Part shown: one piece after another, positions 18,535-28,226 of the stretch | Position numbering within the stretch: position 1 is the first letter of the stretch | Layout of the letters: the number at the start of each line of letters is the position of its first letter | Origin: an uncultured bacterium | Lineage (GTDB): Bacteria; Hinthialibacterota; Hinthialibacteria; Hinthialibacterales; Hinthialibacteraceae | NCBI GenBank assembly: GCA_964517495.1 | Contig: CAZFER010000015.1 | Span: 6,698 to 70,697, forward strand | Reading direction: 5' to 3' | Length of the DNA stretch: 64,000 bases | Translations under genes and position numbers: made by a program | The notes under the pieces: model-generated | What the model saw: only the letters and a program-made list of their open reading frames with translations | Told to the model about the DNA's origin: nothing | The model's database searches: none

Positions 18535-19098
18535 TCAGCCAGGCCGATTGGGTTTTCCATTGCGAACAAAAGTCCCGTGTGAATAACTTCCTCCAAGACG
18601 CATGATATCCCCGTTGGAGCGAAGGCCGTTGCTGGGTTCAAAATCCCACCAGACGGTGGCAGGCCAGCCTCGCATATTGCCCGTGTCGTCATCATTATCC
18701 GGTCCGGCACCTGCCAACGCATACGTGCCGACTGACCGTTCCAGTTCCGTATCGGTTCCCATGGCAAAGAAAGGACCGTTGGGGGTTTCACTAATATCAA
18801 GGTGACGATCTTTAACTGAGAGGAATGGATCAATGGGAATGGACGTCATGTAGGATACAGGGGTGGTCAGTTTATATAAACCAACAGGATTACGATTGGT
18901 GGCATCAGGTGGATAGCTATTGTTATCCAATCTATATTGTTCCACCGCTGTGGCAACGCTTTTTTGGTCTGCTTTTACACGGGAAATTTTGGCGCGGGTC
19001 TGTGCGTTAAGAAAGTTGGGTACCGCAATGGCGGCAAGAATCCCAATTATCGCAACAACGATTAAGAGTTCGATCAATGTGAATGCGTGTTTATCCAT
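18535..19098 (-). CDS. Prepilin-type N-terminal methylation-domain protein (pseudopilin paralog P3)
   Basis: MDKHAFTLIELLIVVAIIGILAAIAVPNF, LTTPVSYMTSIPIDPF and FEPSNGLRSNGDI. I prefer the start at 19098. Confidence 0.85.
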   Translation of the reverse strand: MDKHAFTLIELLIVVAIIGILAAIAVPNFLNAQTRAKISRVKADQKSVATAVEQYRLDNNSYPPDATNRNPVGLYKLTTPVSYMTSIPIDPFLSVKDRHLDISETPNGPFFAMGTDTELERSVGTYALAGAGPDNDDDTGNMRGWPATVWWDFEPSNGLRSNGDIMRLGGSYSHGTFVRNGKPNRPG

Positions 19099-19282
19099 TT
19101 TACACCTCAAATCGTGTGGTTTCATAAGAGTTGGCGGCACTGCTTTTTCCCACAACTCTTTGTATAGCACAGGCCACATCAATCTTGTATTGTTGGATTC
19201 TCACGGATGCATGATCACATGACCTTACTTATTTCACTCATTATTGAGTCAATCGACTTAATATATTCAAGACTTCCATGGG

Positions 19283-19564
19283 TTAATACACAATGGGAAA
19301 AATTAATTTCTCTGAGTCACTACCGATATCGTTTGCCTTCAGGTTTTTGAGGCTCGTGTTGCGGTCGAGGTTGGGCGTGCTGTAAGCCTTCTGCCCATAA
19401 CAACTGAGGTCGGCCCACCCCATGTCATCGACGAGGATATAGATGATGTTTGGCTTATTGGTTTGGGCGAAAAGCGACGGAGGGGTAACCAAACCGGCTG
19501 CCGTCAATGCGGCGGATTGTTGTAAGAATGACCGGCGTGAATAATGATCTTGGTTATGTGGCAT
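19283..19564 (-). pseudogene. N-terminal remnant of a Tat-signal sulfatase
   Basis: MPHNQDHYSRRSFLQQSAALTAAGL...PNIIYILVDDMGWADLSCYGQKAYSTPNLDR is followed by unrelated sequence and a stop. The remnant ends before the CxPxR active-site motif. Confidence 0.65.
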
Positions 19565-19577
19565 ATTTGCTTCCTTT

Positions 19578-20876
19578 TCATTTCGCTTTTGCTTTTGAGC
19601 GCATCTCTTCAATGATTGAACGAAAGCGTTTGCCGGCGGTTTTGACGGACGGTGGAATATCATCTTTTGGTAATGGCTCTTTTTCGAAGGGATCGTATTT
19701 CATATTATAAATACGTCCATCATCGTAAAATTTCCAATCCTTGGTGCGAATCCACCAATGCCCCTCCCATTCGGTATATACCCAGGTTCGAGGAATACCC
19801 GGTCTCCCTTGTAACTGAAGGGCAAAGCTTTGCCCGTCTAAAATGCGATCCTCTGGTAATTTGGCATGTGCCAGGTCAGCAAAGGTGGAGAAGAAGTCAC
19901 TAAAATCAATCAGATCCTCGCACACCTGCCCGGGGGGAGCGGTTCCCAGCCAGTTGGCGATTAAGGGAACATGGGTTCCCGCATCGGTCAATTCAGCTTT
20001 CCCGCCTTTGATTGATATGCCCTTCCACTCTGAGGTTACGCTTTTCGGTGAACCATTATCGCCGGTGAATAGAATCAAGGTGTTTTTACGAAGTCCCAAA
20101 TCATCCAAGGTATCCACTAATTCACCTACCAAGCGGTCTATTTGTGAGACCATTTCGTCATAGGATTGATATTCACCATGGGGACCTTTAGGCTCCTTGT
20201 ATGGCCCACCCGTTTTGGCGAAGTGGGGCAATGTCATGGGATAATAAGCGAAGAATGGTTTGTTTTGGTTTCTACGAATAAAGTCCTTTAGAAACCCGCA
20301 ATACACATCCGGACCGTATTCATCTTCTATTCCTCCAAGCAGTTTGCCATTTTGCCAGATCATGGGCTGGTAATAGCGTGGACCTTCATGCCAGGCCCAA
20401 CAGCAGTATTCATCAAAGCCCATTTTGTGCACATGCTCAGGATGGTCTTTTAATAGTGCCAATTGCCATTTCCCCGCCAGGGCGGTGGCATAACCGGCCT
20501 TTTTCAACATATGTCCAAAGGTGATTTCTTCATCCGGAATCTGCCCCCAACCAACATAATTACGAAAACTGTAACGTCCGGTCATGATACACACACGCGA
20601 GGGGCCACATTTAGGCGTGCTGTATGCATGAGTAAAACGAATCCCCCCACTGGCCAAGGCATCGAGGTTGGGGGTGGAATAGGAAGTTCCACCGTTACAG
20701 CCAAGACATTCGTATCCCAGATCATCCGCCATGATCAAAATGATATTGGGGGGACGCCTGCCGCGTGAATGTTGGGCCGATACAGCGGACAACGATTGAG
20801 CGGACAATGCACCTCCTGTTAGTCCACCTAAAAACAGACGGCGCGAGAATTGATTTGAATTACGTTTTTTACTCAT
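19578..20876 (-). CDS. Tat-exported Cys-type sulfatase (arylsulfatase A family)
   Basis: SRRLFL Tat motif, IMADDLGYE, CGPSR within PKCGPSRVCIMTGRY, and LFTGDNG. Confidence 0.9.
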   Translation of the reverse strand: MSKKRNSNQFSRRLFLGGLTGGALSAQSLSAVSAQHSRGRRPPNIILIMADDLGYECLGCNGGTSYSTPNLDALASGGIRFTHAYSTPKCGPSRVCIMTGRYSFRNYVGWGQIPDEEITFGHMLKKAGYATALAGKWQLALLKDHPEHVHKMGFDEYCCWAWHEGPRYYQPMIWQNGKLLGGIEDEYGPDVYCGFLKDFIRRNQNKPFFAYYPMTLPHFAKTGGPYKEPKGPHGEYQSYDEMVSQIDRLVGELVDTLDDLGLRKNTLILFTGDNGSPKSVTSEWKGISIKGGKAELTDAGTHVPLIANWLGTAPPGQVCEDLIDFSDFFSTFADLAHAKLPEDRILDGQSFALQLQGRPGIPRTWVYTEWEGHWWIRTKDWKFYDDGRIYNMKYDPFEKEPLPKDDIPPSVKTAGKRFRSIIEEMRSKAKAK

Positions 20877-20933
20877 ATAATTACCCCATTCGTAAACGGC
20901 TTATCTTAAATCAAACACTTCAGTTTTTTTATA

Positions 20934-22298
20934 CTAATCTTTTGCTTTCCTGATGCGCTGCGCTTCTTTGGGCATGGAATTAATTACCGCACGTAGTTTT
21001 TTACGTGCAGCCAGGGCTTGAGAACCGCCTTCTTCCTTTTTTATTGGATGCTGTTCTTCGATGTCGTTCTTAAGGTCATACAATCGTCCATCGCCATAAA
21101 GTTTCCAGCGTTTATCGCGAGCGAAACGGTGTGTGGGATTTTGATGAGATATATAGTTTTTGTTCAAGGGCCGGGCGTTGTAATAACAGAAAATGGCTTC
21201 ACGAGGGTTGCCCTTTTCACCGCGCAGTTGAGGATAGAAGGAGCGACCATCCTGCGGAACATCTTCAAACGGCTTGGCTCCGGTTACGTCCGCGATTGTG
21301 GGCAGGAAGTCGCTGAAATCAATCAAATCGTCGCATACTTTGCCTTTTGGAGTAACACCCGGCCATTGAGCCACAAAGGGAGCATGGGTTCCTGCATCGG
21401 TGGAATGGGATTTCCCTCCTCTTATCACACGGCCATTTAGTTTTGATTTAATTTGCCGAGGGGTACCATTATCACCTGTAAATAAAATCAAAGTGTTCTC
21501 TCGCAGGCCGTTTTCTTCCAAAGCAGTGATGATTCGTCCAACAATGGTATCTATATAAGCCACCATATCTTCATAATTTTTTTGATTATTTTTACTGTTT
21601 CGGTCTTCACTATTCGGTGTGGGCAGAAAAGGACCGTGGGGAAGCACCATGGGGTAATATAAAAAGAAGGGGTTCCCCTTGTTGCGCTTGATGAATTCAG
21701 TCGCGTAGTCACTGAAATAATCCGGACCGTATTTGCCTTCTGTATTTTGAATATACTCCCCGTTTTGATCGATTAACGGATCCCAATAGCGTGATTCATG
21801 TTTTTTGACCTGCCACAGGCAATATTCATCAAATCCAGCATCCTTGGGCAGGGTGCCTTTGCCTTCCATATCTCCATAGATATCAGGACCATATAATTGC
21901 CATTTGCCCACCACGCATGTTCGATATCCAGCACGCTGCATCATATGGCCAAAGGTTTTTTGGTCAGGTAAAAGAATCCCAAACTCATAATAGTTACGGA
22001 TATTGGATTGGCCGGTCATTATTTTTACCCGGCTGGGTGTGCATAGCGGGTTGGCATGGCATTGGGTGAATTTCACACCATTTTTTGCCATACGATCAAT
22101 ATTGGGGGTTGAATATTGTTGACTGCCATAAATTCCAAAGCATTCATAACCCACATCATCCCCCATGATAAGAATCACATTGGGCTTAGAATTCGAACCT
22201 TGATTGGCCGCCAGGCCGTGTTGCATTGAAAGGGAAAATGCGGCTGTGCCAATCGATGTTTTTTTAACGAATTCGCGTCGTGATATCGAATTATTCAT
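20934..22298 (-). CDS. Tat-exported Cys-type sulfatase
   Basis: SRREFV Tat motif, IMGDDVGYE, CTPSR within PLCTPSRVKIMTGQ. I prefer the start at 22298 because an AGGAGAGG RBS lies 7 nt upstream. Confidence 0.9.
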   Translation of the reverse strand: MNNSISRREFVKKTSIGTAAFSLSMQHGLAANQGSNSKPNVILIMGDDVGYECFGIYGSQQYSTPNIDRMAKNGVKFTQCHANPLCTPSRVKIMTGQSNIRNYYEFGILLPDQKTFGHMMQRAGYRTCVVGKWQLYGPDIYGDMEGKGTLPKDAGFDEYCLWQVKKHESRYWDPLIDQNGEYIQNTEGKYGPDYFSDYATEFIKRNKGNPFFLYYPMVLPHGPFLPTPNSEDRNSKNNQKNYEDMVAYIDTIVGRIITALEENGLRENTLILFTGDNGTPRQIKSKLNGRVIRGGKSHSTDAGTHAPFVAQWPGVTPKGKVCDDLIDFSDFLPTIADVTGAKPFEDVPQDGRSFYPQLRGEKGNPREAIFCYYNARPLNKNYISHQNPTHRFARDKRWKLYGDGRLYDLKNDIEEQHPIKKEEGGSQALAARKKLRAVINSMPKEAQRIRKAKD

Positions 22299-22399
22299 AA
22301 ATATACCTCTCCTTTTCATTATCACCTTATGTTATGCATATCAAAAATCCATGCAAAACAAAAGAGGTGAAATATAAAAAATTTTGTAAACAGGGGAGT

Positions 22400-22425
22400 C
22401 CGGCCTGGCGGGAGCCTGGCCCTCC
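22400..22425. repeat. Second copy of the GC-rich ggcgggagcct[c/g]gccctcc motif in a divergent promoter region
   Basis: ccggcctggcgggagcctggccctcc lies between the divergent sulfatase genes (22298 on - and 22550 on +). Confidence 0.5.
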
Positions 22426-22549
22426 TGGGGTAGAGAAAGATAATGAAAGTGATCTCTTTTCAAATTTATCAAGCCATGATAAAAAGGATTCGTTATGTTC
22501 ACATTAAGAACAAACTTGCGATTATTCTTAATCAATGAGGAGTACGATC

Positions 22550-23974
22550 ATGAAGCAATCCCGCCGTGATTTTTTGAGAACGCTTGGCGCAGGAGCATCC
22601 ATCATCGGGTGTCCGGCGGTGCTGAGTTCAAAGACGTTTGCGAATGACAAGCCGAATTTTCTGTTTATTCTTGCGGATGATATGGGATGGCGGGATCCTT
22701 CATGCTATGGCCATGAATTTCAGGAAACCCCTCATATTGATGAACTATGCAGTCAGGGGATGAAATTCACGGATGCTTATGGCGCCTGCCCAGTGTGCTC
22801 TCCAACCCGAGCCAGTATCTTCTCCGGCCAGTATCCTGCACGAGTGGGGATTACCGATTTCATCACAGGCCATTGGCGGCCTTATGAAAAACTGCGTGTT
22901 CCCATCAACCGCACTCAATACCTGCCTCTTGAAATTGAAACCATTGCTGAAGCCTTGAAACCGGCAGGATACACATCCGGTATGTTTGGCAAATGGCACT
23001 TGGGTTGGGGGAAACACATCCCCACCAATCAGGGATTTGATAAGCAGCGGGTGACTAGTGGTCCTCATTATAAATTTCGAACCAATCCACAAGATGAAGT
23101 TCCACCCGATTTAAATCAGGCGGATTATCTGACCGATGAATGCATCAATTTTCTTGAAGCCAACAAGGACAATCCCTTTTGCTGCTTTGTCACTCATTTT
23201 GCTGTTCATATTCCCCTGCAAGCGGATAAGGATTTAATCTTGAAATATGCCAACAAACCGGTTCCTGATTCCGGTGTTAATAATCCTGTTTATGCGGCTA
23301 TGGTTGCGCATGTCGACCGGAGTGTAGGCAGGATTATGCAGAAATTGGACGACTTGAACCTTACCGAAAACACCGTTGTGGTTTTCTTTTCTGACAATGG
23401 CGGATTAAGGCAAACTTTCACAGGCCGTGGGCCTATCGTCTCCACTAACGCACCGTTACGGGATGAAAAGGGTACCCTTTACGAAGGTGGCATTCGTGAA
23501 CCGTTGATCATTCGTTGGCCTGGTAAAATTGAAGCGGGAAGTGTGTGTGAGACGCCGGTCAGCAGCGTTGATTTTTACCCCACTTTTTTGGATATGGCCA
23601 AGGCCAACAAGCCGGATCAAACCCTCGATGGAGAAAGCCTGGTTCCGCTTATTCAACAGAAGGGTGATTTACAACGTGATGCCATCTATTGGCATTACCC
23701 CCATTACCATCATTCTGTGCCTGCGGGAGCAATACGCCAGGGTGATTATAAACTCATCGAGTTTTATGATGATAACCCTCTTGAATTGTATAACCTTAAA
23801 ACCGATATCAGCGAAACAATCAATCTGGCTGAATCCAAACCCGAGTTGGCAAAAGAATTACAACAAAAGTTAGCAAGATGGCGTAAAGAAGTTAACGCCG
23901 CCATGCCGGTTGAAAATCCCGATTTTGATCCAGACCGCCGCCATGAATGGGGCCGTCACCCCAGCCGGGGCTAA
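22550..23974 (+). CDS. Tat-exported Cys-type sulfatase
   Basis: SRRDFL Tat motif, ILADDMGWRD, CSPTR within CPVCSPTRASIFSGQY. A GAGGAG RBS precedes the ATG at 22550. Confidence 0.9.
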   Translation: MKQSRRDFLRTLGAGASIIGCPAVLSSKTFANDKPNFLFILADDMGWRDPSCYGHEFQETPHIDELCSQGMKFTDAYGACPVCSPTRASIFSGQYPARVGITDFITGHWRPYEKLRVPINRTQYLPLEIETIAEALKPAGYTSGMFGKWHLGWGKHIPTNQGFDKQRVTSGPHYKFRTNPQDEVPPDLNQADYLTDECINFLEANKDNPFCCFVTHFAVHIPLQADKDLILKYANKPVPDSGVNNPVYAAMVAHVDRSVGRIMQKLDDLNLTENTVVVFFSDNGGLRQTFTGRGPIVSTNAPLRDEKGTLYEGGIREPLIIRWPGKIEAGSVCETPVSSVDFYPTFLDMAKANKPDQTLDGESLVPLIQQKGDLQRDAIYWHYPHYHHSVPAGAIRQGDYKLIEFYDDNPLELYNLKTDISETINLAESKPELAKELQQKLARWRKEVNAAMPVENPDFDPDRRHEWGRHPSRG

Positions 23975-24011
23975 GTAAAATGGCTTATTTTAACAAAAAT
24001 AAAAGATAGAT

Positions 24012-27000
24012 TTATATATCAATCTGCTTTTCAGGAGAACTTTGTTGTTCCAGCACACGTTCGAGCATACGGCTTAATTCCTCGATGCGGTAGGGTTTGG
24101 TTATAACACCCTTAAAACCATAGGCTTGGTAATCCGCCATGATGGGATCGCCTGAATAGCCGCTGGATACAATGGCGTTGACCTGGGGATCAATTCGTTT
24201 CAACTCGACGATAGTGTCTTTACCCCCCATACCACCGGGGATGGTTAAATCCATAATCACGACATCAAATGGCTTTTCTTCTGCCATGGCATTCTGATAC
24301 ACCGCGATGGCCTGCTCACCTGTTTCAGCGAGTGCGACTTCAAATCCCATATGTTCTAACATTTGGCTAGCTACATCCCGCACAAAATCCTCATCATCCA
24401 TCACCAGAATTTTCCCGGAACCACGCATTATTTTTTCTGGGCGGTACTCACTTGTTTTGGATTGATTACGTACCATGGAATCCGCTGGCAGATAAAGGGT
24501 GAATATGCTTCCTTTCTCACTTACTGAGTCGACCGTAATCACCCCGTTATGTTGTGTTATGATGGAATAGCAAATGGCTAGCCCCAAACCGCTGCCTTTT
24601 TGTTTGGTCGTAAAGTAGGGATCAAAAATCCTGGGAAGTTGTTTTTGGGGAATTCCAATTCCTTGATCCTGAATGATCAGTTTAACGTAATCACCACGAT
24701 CCAGCGCTGGAACGGACTCATCTCCCTTTTCATCAATCCTATAATTCTCTGCCTGGATTTGAATTTCACCACCGGAAGGCATCGCCTGATCAGCATTAAT
24801 CACCAGATTATGAATAACCTGGTTGATCTGGCCACGGTCGACATCCACGGGCCAAAGATCATCAGGGCAATCAAACCGATATTTCACATTGGATCCGCGA
24901 AGAGCAAAGGTAGCGGTTTCCTCAACGATTTCTTTCAAAGATGCAAATTCTTTTATCGGTACCCCCCCTTTGGAAAAGGTTAACAGTTGCTGTGTCAAAT
25001 CCTTGGCCCGCTGAGAGGCATTTTCCGCTGCGGTTAATCGTTCGACTACATTATGGTCTGGTGGAGAAAGGGTTTTGGCAAAGGAGATGTTACCGATTAT
25101 CGCGGTTAAAATGTTGTTGAAATCATGAGCAATCCCACCGGCCAAAATACCTAGCGATTCCAATTTTCGAGTTCGTTGCAGTTCCTCTTCCAATCGGTGT
25201 TTTTCGCTTACATCACGTATAACAAGTACAACGCCAATGATTTGGCTGTCTTTATCCCGTATGGGTGCGCCACTATCCTCCAGAATTCTTTCTGTTCCAT
25301 CTCGAGCCATCAATTTGGTGGTATTAGTAAATTCAACAATCCCGCCAATTTGAAGTACTTTTTGAACCAAATCCTCGCAAGGTTCATTGGAATAAACATC
25401 ATAAATATGGAGAATATCACTAATAGGCCGGCCTAAAGATTCCTGCTCACTCCAGCCTGTTAACTCTTCCGCCACTTTATTCATTAACAACACATTTCCA
25501 TCAATATCTGTGGAGATTACACCATCCCCAATGCTACGAAGAGTAACCTTTAATCGCTCTTTTTCTTTCGCTAATGCTTCTTCCGCTTTCTTAAAATCAT
25601 CAATATCACGGGTTACTCCCAAGATATGAGGTTCATCATCCAGGTTGATAACGGTTGCGGATATGAGGCAGGTTCGAATCGCTCCATCTTTCCTTCGATA
25701 TTTTGCTTCCAGGTTTCGAACCCCACCGTCTTTTTCCAACGCCTCGATTAACCGAATCCGGTCATTTGGATCATACCAAATATTGAATTCCGAGGATGTC
25801 ACTCCAATGACCTCTTCTCGTGAATAGCCGGTTACTTTTGTAAAACCTTCGTTTACGTCAACACAAAGACCGTCTTTAATTCTGGTAATGCTGATGGAAT
25901 CCGGGCTGGTTTGAAAGGTTGTGCGGAATCGTTCTTCGGAGACTCTTAGCGCCTCTTCGGCTTGCTTTCGCTGGGTAACATTCCAAAAGATACCGAGAAT
26001 GCCAGCAATCTCTCCATTTTGATCTTTGACTGGTGTTTTAACCACTTCAACCCATTTTCGCCCTTCAGATGATTCATGCTCTTCAACGAGATGCAGTGTC
26101 TCCCCTGTTGCTAAAATTGTTTGATCGTCTGAGCGATATTTCCGAGCGAATTCATCAGGGAATAAATCAAAATCCGTCTTGCCGATAATATGTTCAACTT
26201 CCCGTCCCATTAACTTGCAGAAACTTTGATTGACAGAGACAAAGATAAACTCACGATTTTTAAGAAAAACGCATTGCTTTAAATTTTGTAACAAGGTCCG
26301 ATACAATGTTTCCCGCTTGGATAATTCGTTTTCGATACGCTTGCGTTCTTCTATCTCTCCTTGTAATGAATGGTTGGCAATGACAAGTTCATCTGTACGG
26401 GCTTCCACTGCCATTTCAAGCCAGGCATAACGTGAAAAGAGCAACACCAATAAAACGATGATAATAATTGAGCCAAAGATCAATATGGAAAGAAAAATGG
26501 GATTGGTATACCAGGGTGTTAAGACAACGAATGAATAAACCGCTGGCGATAAATCAACATTCGCATTACGATCCATGGCTTGGATGGATAAATGATGCTC
26601 TCCTGCAGATAAGCCTTTTGCCGAAGCAACCGTTAACGGCTGAAATGGGGACCAGGGTTCACCATCAAAGCGGTAAGAAAACAACAATCGATCCGAATTG
26701 GTTCGTTTCCATTTGTCGATTCCTTCGAAGAAAAACCTTACATTACCGCCCGGTGGCGTGTTCTTCAAATTTCTTTCCTCATGTATGATTGTTTCAGGGG
26801 CCTCGCGATCTATAGAAGGCCGGTAAAGTGATAAACCACTCGCTGTTTGAGCCCATGTGCGATTAAGGGAATCAATCATTATTTTGAAGACCGCGGTATT
26901 CGACAAACCATCTTCGAATGTATTCGTTAACCAATGGCCTTGGTTATAACGGTGGATGCCGCTACCCGATGCTATCCATATTTCATTATTATTCATGGGA

Positions 27001-27656
27001 TTTCTCAAAATAGTCCATATATCCTGAAGATTCCTTTTGATCACATACCACTGATTCCCATCATATTCATGAATATGGTTTCTTCCCCCAAACCAAAAAA
27101 CACCGGGACGCACTTCTTCGATACAAAAGGCGCCGGCGCCGTCATATCCCTCCTCCTCTCCCAAAACTTGATACGATCCATCTTTATAAACACTTACACC
27201 TGTTAAACCACCCAACCAAACATCCCCCTCAGCCGTTTCAAAAAGACTGACAAGTTTATCGATCTGCCATTGGTTGCCCTTGTCTAAAAAAGGGGTAAAG
27301 GATTGGCCATCAAACCACTGAACCCCTCCAGGATACATGGCCCAAAGAGTTCCCGTTTCACTTTCATATATTTTCCAATCCAATGAGGCAAACCAACCAG
27401 GGCTGGGGAGGGTTTTAATATTATAGCCACCGCTATAACTAATTTGGTCCACATCACCATGATTCATCCACAATTTGCCAGAGGGACCAATGTTAACCGA
27501 ACTGGTCCACGATTCTATCAGCCCATCCAAAGAGGTATAAAAACGCCAATTAATTAGCTCATAGCCATCGGCAAGATGATAGAAACATAGGTCAGGCAAC
27601 AAACAGATGAAAAACCAGAATACGATTTCCCTCCGCTTCCTGATGCTAAGAGGCAT
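24012..27656 (-). CDS. Hybrid sensor histidine kinase/response regulator with a periplasmic beta-propeller + Y_Y_Y sensor (HTCS-like, no DNA-binding output)
   Basis: An N-terminal TM is followed by propeller-like repeats and a Y_Y_Y-like block (FSYRFDGEPWSPF...GEHHLSIQAMD). After a second TM come three PAS-like modules, the H-box GGIAHDFNNILT, an HATPase (DQGIGI, GSGLGLA) and a REC domain (KILVMDDE...VIMDLTIPG). The protein ends after REC. Confidence 0.9.
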   Translation of the reverse strand: MPLSIRKRREIVFWFFICLLPDLCFYHLADGYELINWRFYTSLDGLIESWTSSVNIGPSGKLWMNHGDVDQISYSGGYNIKTLPSPGWFASLDWKIYESETGTLWAMYPGGVQWFDGQSFTPFLDKGNQWQIDKLVSLFETAEGDVWLGGLTGVSVYKDGSYQVLGEEEGYDGAGAFCIEEVRPGVFWFGGRNHIHEYDGNQWYVIKRNLQDIWTILRNPMNNNEIWIASGSGIHRYNQGHWLTNTFEDGLSNTAVFKIMIDSLNRTWAQTASGLSLYRPSIDREAPETIIHEERNLKNTPPGGNVRFFFEGIDKWKRTNSDRLLFSYRFDGEPWSPFQPLTVASAKGLSAGEHHLSIQAMDRNANVDLSPAVYSFVVLTPWYTNPIFLSILIFGSIIIIVLLVLLFSRYAWLEMAVEARTDELVIANHSLQGEIEERKRIENELSKRETLYRTLLQNLKQCVFLKNREFIFVSVNQSFCKLMGREVEHIIGKTDFDLFPDEFARKYRSDDQTILATGETLHLVEEHESSEGRKWVEVVKTPVKDQNGEIAGILGIFWNVTQRKQAEEALRVSEERFRTTFQTSPDSISITRIKDGLCVDVNEGFTKVTGYSREEVIGVTSSEFNIWYDPNDRIRLIEALEKDGGVRNLEAKYRRKDGAIRTCLISATVINLDDEPHILGVTRDIDDFKKAEEALAKEKERLKVTLRSIGDGVISTDIDGNVLLMNKVAEELTGWSEQESLGRPISDILHIYDVYSNEPCEDLVQKVLQIGGIVEFTNTTKLMARDGTERILEDSGAPIRDKDSQIIGVVLVIRDVSEKHRLEEELQRTRKLESLGILAGGIAHDFNNILTAIIGNISFAKTLSPPDHNVVERLTAAENASQRAKDLTQQLLTFSKGGVPIKEFASLKEIVEETATFALRGSNVKYRFDCPDDLWPVDVDRGQINQVIHNLVINADQAMPSGGEIQIQAENYRIDEKGDESVPALDRGDYVKLIIQDQGIGIPQKQLPRIFDPYFTTKQKGSGLGLAICYSIITQHNGVITVDSVSEKGSIFTLYLPADSMVRNQSKTSEYRPEKIMRGSGKILVMDDEDFVRDVASQMLEHMGFEVALAETGEQAIAVYQNAMAEEKPFDVVIMDLTIPGGMGGKDTIVELKRIDPQVNAIVSSGYSGDPIMADYQAYGFKGVITKPYRIEELSRMLERVLEQQSSPEKQIDI

Positions 27657-27842
27657 GATGTGTATTTCTCCCCGGATAATTAAACACAAGTTCAATAAAA
27701 TTATATCAACAAAATAGCCTTAATCGAACTCCTTATAGCAAACATGCAAACTTTCTTAATTATTTGTTAAATTTCATTACAATTTTATTATAGGAATGAT
27801 ATCATATTTAATTAATTTAATTAATGACCTAATTATCGTTGA

Positions 27843-28130
27843 CTATTTTACTTTGGTATGAATTAACGGTTCCGCTGTAGCAAAAGTCTCTTGTTTATGG
27901 TTTTGAATTAATTTTTCGTCTTTAACAGAAAAGTGAATCACATTCAATTTTTCAGGCTGAACATCTTTAGGAATATTTAAGGAAGCCAGGGTATGCTCAG
28001 ATAATGGCTTTTTTATCGGTTGATTATTTTCAATCAATAAAAAAGGCAGTAACTGACCGACAGGCACGCTCATACCAGTACAACCATAACATATCACAAT
28101 AATTAGTATCGAATTCAAAAAAAATTTCAT
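27843..28130 (-). CDS. Small hypothetical lipoprotein
   Basis: MKFFLNSILIIVICYGCTG has a lipobox-like sequence. No family recognised. Confidence 0.35.
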   Translation of the reverse strand: MKFFLNSILIIVICYGCTGMSVPVGQLLPFLLIENNQPIKKPLSEHTLASLNIPKDVQPEKLNVIHFSVKDEKLIQNHKQETFATAEPLIHTKVK

Positions 28131-28226
28131 AAATGTCTCTCTTTTCGTTATAATATCTCTCTTCAATAATAACGAATCAGCGGCCATTTTGGCGCAATAT
28201 AATTCAATCGATTTGGAATAAGTGCT

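Noticed and set aside
17883-18833. 316-aa ORF-track version of pseudopilin P2, and likewise the 215-aa version of P3 (to 19182) and the 126-aa version of the sulfatase stub (to 19663)
   Set aside because: The N-terminal extensions overlap the upstream gene in another frame and precede the prepilin leader or the Tat signal. Internal Met starts give canonical short leaders.
25665-25680. tRNA T-arm-like ggttcgaatc strings, also at ~17255
   Set aside because: Both lie inside well-supported CDSs and lack acceptor or anticodon stems. No tRNA genes are detected in the window.
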